DNA of 64,000 nucleotides from Desulfosoma sp. Lineage in GTDB: Bacteria > Desulfobacterota > Syntrophobacteria > Syntrophobacterales > DSM-9756. The notes under the pieces were generated by a model, which was given only the letters and a program-made list of their open reading frames with translations, was not told where the DNA came from and ran no database searches. The position numbers were made by a program, and so were the translations under genes. The stretch is taken from positions 139,763 through 203,762 of the forward strand of contig JBBFKW010000007.1 of the NCBI GenBank assembly GCA_037481835.1, given 5' to 3'. Below are positions 60,162-64,000 of this stretch, in pieces; the first letter of the stretch is position 1; each line of letters opens with the position of its first letter.

Positions 60162-60278
60162 GAGCGTGTCCGGGAATTAAAAATGGCGACGTTTCTCCTG
60201 GGAGCGCGGGCCTCCGGCCCGCATGTGGTGCGGGCGAGACGCCGCGCTCCCGGCAGAAGGCCATTGTCGGACAGCCTC
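60162..60278. mobile_element. MITE D (B-type) immediately after a stop codon
   Basis: GAGCGTGTCCGGGAA...TTGTCGGACAGCCTC; same internal palindrome as 45078; flanks CTGA/TTAG. Confidence 0.72.
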
Positions 60279-60426
60279 TTAGAATCACGTGAACCATTTT
60301 GCGTTATGGTTCGCTGCGCCCACCCCAACGTGCTGGTGTGGCGAGGCAACGAACAATGTGCGTGCGGTCTTCTGAGGCTCTGACCTCCCCTTCCATATCA
60401 TCAAGAAGGAAAGGATCCGCAAGGGA

Positions 60427-61926
60427 ATGGGCCGATTTTTGGCTTTGAGTCTGCGATCTCGGATTTTCATGCTTCTGGCGGCCCTCATCGGCGTCAACTG
60501 CGCCGGCGCCCTGATCACCATTTGGACCACGTCGCACACCTTGCAAGTGTCCGAGTTCATGGTGAAAAGGGATGTGCAGGCCCTTCTTGCCGCAGAAAAG
60601 CTCGGAAACGCCCTGGTCATGCAAAAAGGCTACGTCACCTACTATTACCTCACTGGCGATGAACAGTGGCTGGGGCGGCTCAAAGAACACCAGCTGGCAT
60701 TCCATTACTGGCTGGGCACGGCCGGGGAGCGTTCCCGCATGGAGGAAGGCCGGCGCATTCTGGACGAAATCGCCAAGGCTTACGAGCAGTTCGAGGCCAC
60801 TCGGGATCAGGTGATCCAATTGTATCGGGAAGGGCGCAAGGAAGAGGGGGCGCAGCAACACTGGACCGTGCGCGACCAGTTCCATCACATCTATGGGCTG
60901 ACCGAGAAGTTCAAGAGCCTTCATGAGGCGCAGATTCAGCGCAATCAGGAACTGTACGCGCGCAAGGCCAGGAACCTCACCCGACTGGCGTGGGTGGCCC
61001 TGCCCGTGGCGCTCCTCGTGGGTGTGACCTTGGCCATGGTCCTTTGGGGTCAAATCCTGGAGCCCATCCGCCGCCTCGCTTTTCACCAGGAAAAGGGGGG
61101 GGCTGCGGGGCGTGTGGAAGACACCCGGGACGAAGTGAAGGCACTCAGCCGGCGCGTGCACAGTCTGCTGGAAGATGTGGATCGAGCCCAAGAAGAGCTT
61201 GAAGAAAGCAGGGAACACCTGATTCAATCCGAGAAATTGGCCATGGTGGGAAAGCTTGCGGCGGGCGTGGCCCACAGCATCCGAAATCCCTTGACGTCTG
61301 TAAAAATGCGCCTCTTTTCCCTGGAACGGAGCCTGAGCCTGGACCCGACGCAGCGGGAAGACTTTGAAGTGATCGCCGAGGAAATCGCCCACATCGACAC
61401 CATCGTGGGTAATTTCTTGGAATTCAGCCGCCCTCCGAAGCTCAAGATGCAGCAGGTGAGCCTTTCCGATGTGGTGGATATGACCCTGCAGCTTCTGCGA
61501 CATCGATTGGATTCCTACGGAGTGCGCATCGAGGTGGAGCGTAAGGGGCGGCTTCCCAAGGCGTTGTTGGATGTGGACCAGATGAAGGAGGTTTTGGTCA
61601 ACCTCATCCTGAACGCGTGCGAAGCCATGGGCGAAGGCGGCCAGATCCGCATCGTGGAAGAATCGGGTATGATGGGCGACCAGGGCTTTGTGGTGCTGGT
61701 GCGCATCAAGGACAACGGGCCGGGGATTCCCGAGGAGATTCAGGACAAGATTTTCGAGCCTTTCTTCAGCACCAAGGAGGAGGGATCGGGTTTGGGGCTG
61801 GCCATCGCCAAGAGGATTCTTCAGGATCACAAGGGGTGGATCCATGTGCATTCCAAACCGGGCCAGGGGACGACCTTTGTGGTGGGATTGCCTTGTGAGG
61901 AGCGCGGGCTGTGGCTGAGATCCTGA
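60427..61926 (+). CDS. Sensor histidine kinase with helical periplasmic sensor
   Basis: AHSIRNPL, NLILNA, GSGLGL. Confidence 0.92.
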   Translation: MGRFLALSLRSRIFMLLAALIGVNCAGALITIWTTSHTLQVSEFMVKRDVQALLAAEKLGNALVMQKGYVTYYYLTGDEQWLGRLKEHQLAFHYWLGTAGERSRMEEGRRILDEIAKAYEQFEATRDQVIQLYREGRKEEGAQQHWTVRDQFHHIYGLTEKFKSLHEAQIQRNQELYARKARNLTRLAWVALPVALLVGVTLAMVLWGQILEPIRRLAFHQEKGGAAGRVEDTRDEVKALSRRVHSLLEDVDRAQEELEESREHLIQSEKLAMVGKLAAGVAHSIRNPLTSVKMRLFSLERSLSLDPTQREDFEVIAEEIAHIDTIVGNFLEFSRPPKLKMQQVSLSDVVDMTLQLLRHRLDSYGVRIEVERKGRLPKALLDVDQMKEVLVNLILNACEAMGEGGQIRIVEESGMMGDQGFVVLVRIKDNGPGIPEEIQDKIFEPFFSTKEEGSGLGLAIAKRILQDHKGWIHVHSKPGQGTTFVVGLPCEERGLWLRS

Positions 61927-63353
61927 TTGTGGACGACGATCCCCAGCTGCGGCAAAGTTTCGGGAAGATTTTGCGCAGCGAGGGCCATTCCGTGCGCATG
62001 GCGGCATCGGGGGAAGCGGGACTTGCGGCCGTCAGGGAAAAGGTCCCGGACTTGGTGGTTCTGGACGTGCGCCTTCCGGGGATGTCCGGCTTGGAAGCCT
62101 TCAAGGCCATAAAAGAAGTGGACGCCAAGCTGCCGGTGATCATCATGACGGCCTACGGCACCACAGAAACGGCCATTGAAGCCACCAAAATGGGCGCCTT
62201 CGATTATGTGCTCAAGCCATTCGACATCCCGTCCCTGCTCGATTTGGTCTCCCAAGCGCTCAAGGCGGGCCGGTTCATGCGCAACAAGGTGGCCTTGGAC
62301 GCCCAGCCGGCTTCCCCCCAGGAAGACGCCCTCATCGGGCGGAGCCGCGCCATGCAGGAAGTTTACAAAGCCATCGGTCGCGTGGCGGGCACGGACGCCA
62401 CGGTACTCATCCGAGGCGAATCGGGCACGGGAAAGGAGCTGGTGGCTCGAGCCATCTACCAGCACAGTCACCGGGCCCATGGCCCTTTTTTGGTGATCAA
62501 TTGTGTGGCCATTCCGGAGACGCTTCTGGAAAGCGAGCTTTTCGGGTACGAAAAGGGAGCCTTTACGGGGGCGGTGAGCCGCCGGGTGGGCAAGGTGGAG
62601 CAGGCCCATCACGGTACCCTGTTTCTGGATGAAATCGGCGACATGCCGGTGAGCATCCAGGCCAAGTTGTTGCGGCTGTTGCAAGAGCGGAGCATCGAGC
62701 GGTTGGGCGGGCGGCGCCCTATTCCGGTGGATGTGCGGATTCTTGCGGCCACCAACCGCAATCTGGAAGAGGCGGTGGCCGAAGGGCGGTTTCGGGACGA
62801 TCTGTTCTATCGTCTGAACGTGGTCACGCTGACCCTGCCGCCCTTGCGGGACCGTCGGGAAGACATCCCCCTTTTGGCGGAATACTTTCTGGGGCGGTGC
62901 GCCGCCGAACTGGGCATTCCCAACCCTGGCATCACGGACGATGCGCTGCAGTGTCTCATGGCCATGGACTGGCCCGGGAACGTTCGGGAACTGGCCAATG
63001 TCATCCGCAAGGCGCTCATCTTCAATCGGGGCATTCCGCTGGAGCGCGCCGACGTGCAAAGGGCCGTGGGCGAGGGGGCCAACGGCGCCTTGACGGCACG
63101 GGGCGTGGAAAATCTGGCCGAAGCGGCCTCCCTGCTGGACCGATGGATCCTTGAAAATCTGGGGCGGGGGGATTCGGAGAGGCTTTTCGACGCCCTGGTG
63201 GACGATTTCAGTGCGCGGGTCATCCGGGTGGCCTTGGAACTCACCAAAGGCAACCGGACCCACGCGGCGAAGCTTTTGGGCATTTCCAGGCCCACACTGC
63301 TTGCCCGGATGGAAAAGTATGGCATTCGGGTGGAAGCCACCGTGGCGACCTGA
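61911..63353 (+). CDS. NtrC-family sigma54 response regulator
   Basis: REC + GESGTGKE + GAFTGA + HTH. Confidence 0.93.
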   Translation: MAEILIVDDDPQLRQSFGKILRSEGHSVRMAASGEAGLAAVREKVPDLVVLDVRLPGMSGLEAFKAIKEVDAKLPVIIMTAYGTTETAIEATKMGAFDYVLKPFDIPSLLDLVSQALKAGRFMRNKVALDAQPASPQEDALIGRSRAMQEVYKAIGRVAGTDATVLIRGESGTGKELVARAIYQHSHRAHGPFLVINCVAIPETLLESELFGYEKGAFTGAVSRRVGKVEQAHHGTLFLDEIGDMPVSIQAKLLRLLQERSIERLGGRRPIPVDVRILAATNRNLEEAVAEGRFRDDLFYRLNVVTLTLPPLRDRREDIPLLAEYFLGRCAAELGIPNPGITDDALQCLMAMDWPGNVRELANVIRKALIFNRGIPLERADVQRAVGEGANGALTARGVENLAEAASLLDRWILENLGRGDSERLFDALVDDFSARVIRVALELTKGNRTHAAKLLGISRPTLLARMEKYGIRVEATVAT

Positions 63354-63435
63354 ATCGAGGCCGGTAAGGCCTACCGGCCATGAGGGACACGGCCCGGGGC
63401 ACCCCTCCGAGGGGGTGAAAGCCATGTGCGCCTAG

Positions 63436-63641
63436 GACCTTGTCCAAAAACGGTTAAGCAATGGCGAATTGGTCCCGTTTATAGGGAAGTCGCGCTCGGT
63501 AAGGACGTTGGGGTTCGCTTCGCTCACCCCAACCTACGCCTCGGCGTCCCCATTCTCCAACAACCTCGTAGGTTGGGGTGAGCGAAGCGAACCCCAACAC
63601 ACACCCCGACATGATCCCCAACAAAATTCTCGGACACGCTC
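63436..63641. mobile_element. MITE C (206 bp) enclosing a REP-like doublet
   Basis: CTAG-GACCTTGTCCAAAAA...TTCTCGGACACGCTC-CTAG. Confidence 0.65.
63507..63598. repeat. Inverted pair of GTAG-type REP-like palindromes (copy 2)
   Basis: GTAGGTTGGGGTGAGCGAAGCGAACCCCAAC and its reverse complement with a 30-nt spacer. Confidence 0.85.
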
Positions 63642-63645
63642 CTAG

Positions 63646-63744
63646 GAGCTTGTCCGAGAATGCCGATTTTGGTGGTTTATGGCATCGTAAGTATCTGATT
63701 TTACGTTGCCAACGTCGGCAACAATCGAATTGTCGGACAGCCTC
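63646..63744. mobile_element. MITE A' (99 bp, inverted homolog of 44975-45073)
   Basis: Alignable over full length; CTAG flanks; right CTAG holds the stop codon of the adjacent gene. Confidence 0.82.
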
Positions 63745-64000
63745 CTAGGGGGTCCCGTGCGGTTTCGTTTCACGCTTGAGGACGGTGCGCAGGACGCTTT
63801 CCAAGTCTTCCATGCGATAGGGCTTGGCGATCACGCCTGAAAACCCGAAGCCTTCTGGCTGGGCCATGACGGGGTCGTTGGCGTAGCCGCTGGAGGCGAT
63901 GGCTCGCACCGAAGGATCCAGCGCTCTGATTTTCTGAACGATTTCCCGTCCCCCGACCCCTCCCGGAACGGTCAAGTCCAAAATGACGGCGGCAAAGGGG
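63745..64000 (-). CDS. C-terminal receiver domain, probably of a hybrid kinase (partial)
   Basis: LDLTVPGGVGG..ASSGY..IAKPY. Confidence 0.85.
   Translation of the reverse strand, partial: PFAAVILDLTVPGGVGGREIVQKIRALDPSVRAIASSGYANDPVMAQPEGFGFSGVIAKPYRMEDLESVLRTVLKRETKPHGTP

Overview
GC-rich bacterial chromosome segment. Gene content (Ech hydrogenase, HdrC-like protein, DVU0772-family protein, several sigma54 systems, TauE/DASS transporters) suggests a sulfate-reducing Desulfobacterota, possibly Syntrophobacteraceae-like (inference). Core genes include a Ski2-like helicase, an RhlB-like helicase, uvrB, mtgA, nth, hisB, glgB, initiator tRNA-Met and a sigma54-driven echABCDEF operon. A decayed island (~37.3-44.1 kb) lies at the tRNA 3' end, with an integrase remnant, MNT-HEPN, AbiE remnants and a collapsed type I R-M locus. 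In that locus two intact cargo cassettes (RhuM-Fic; ABC-ATPase + DUF4276) are each framed by an hsdS tail and an hsdR head. A ~15-kb anion-transport/signalling cluster contains three adjacent proteins sharing an ED-x-[FM]-x-A-x-x-FAE motif. Other notable signals: an orphan proteasome-beta-like Ntn hydrolase with an N-terminal Ser in a 3-gene cluster, CTAG-targeting MITEs carrying different palindromic cargo, and a candidate structured RNA. All family calls are from motif recognition by eye; no database searches were run.
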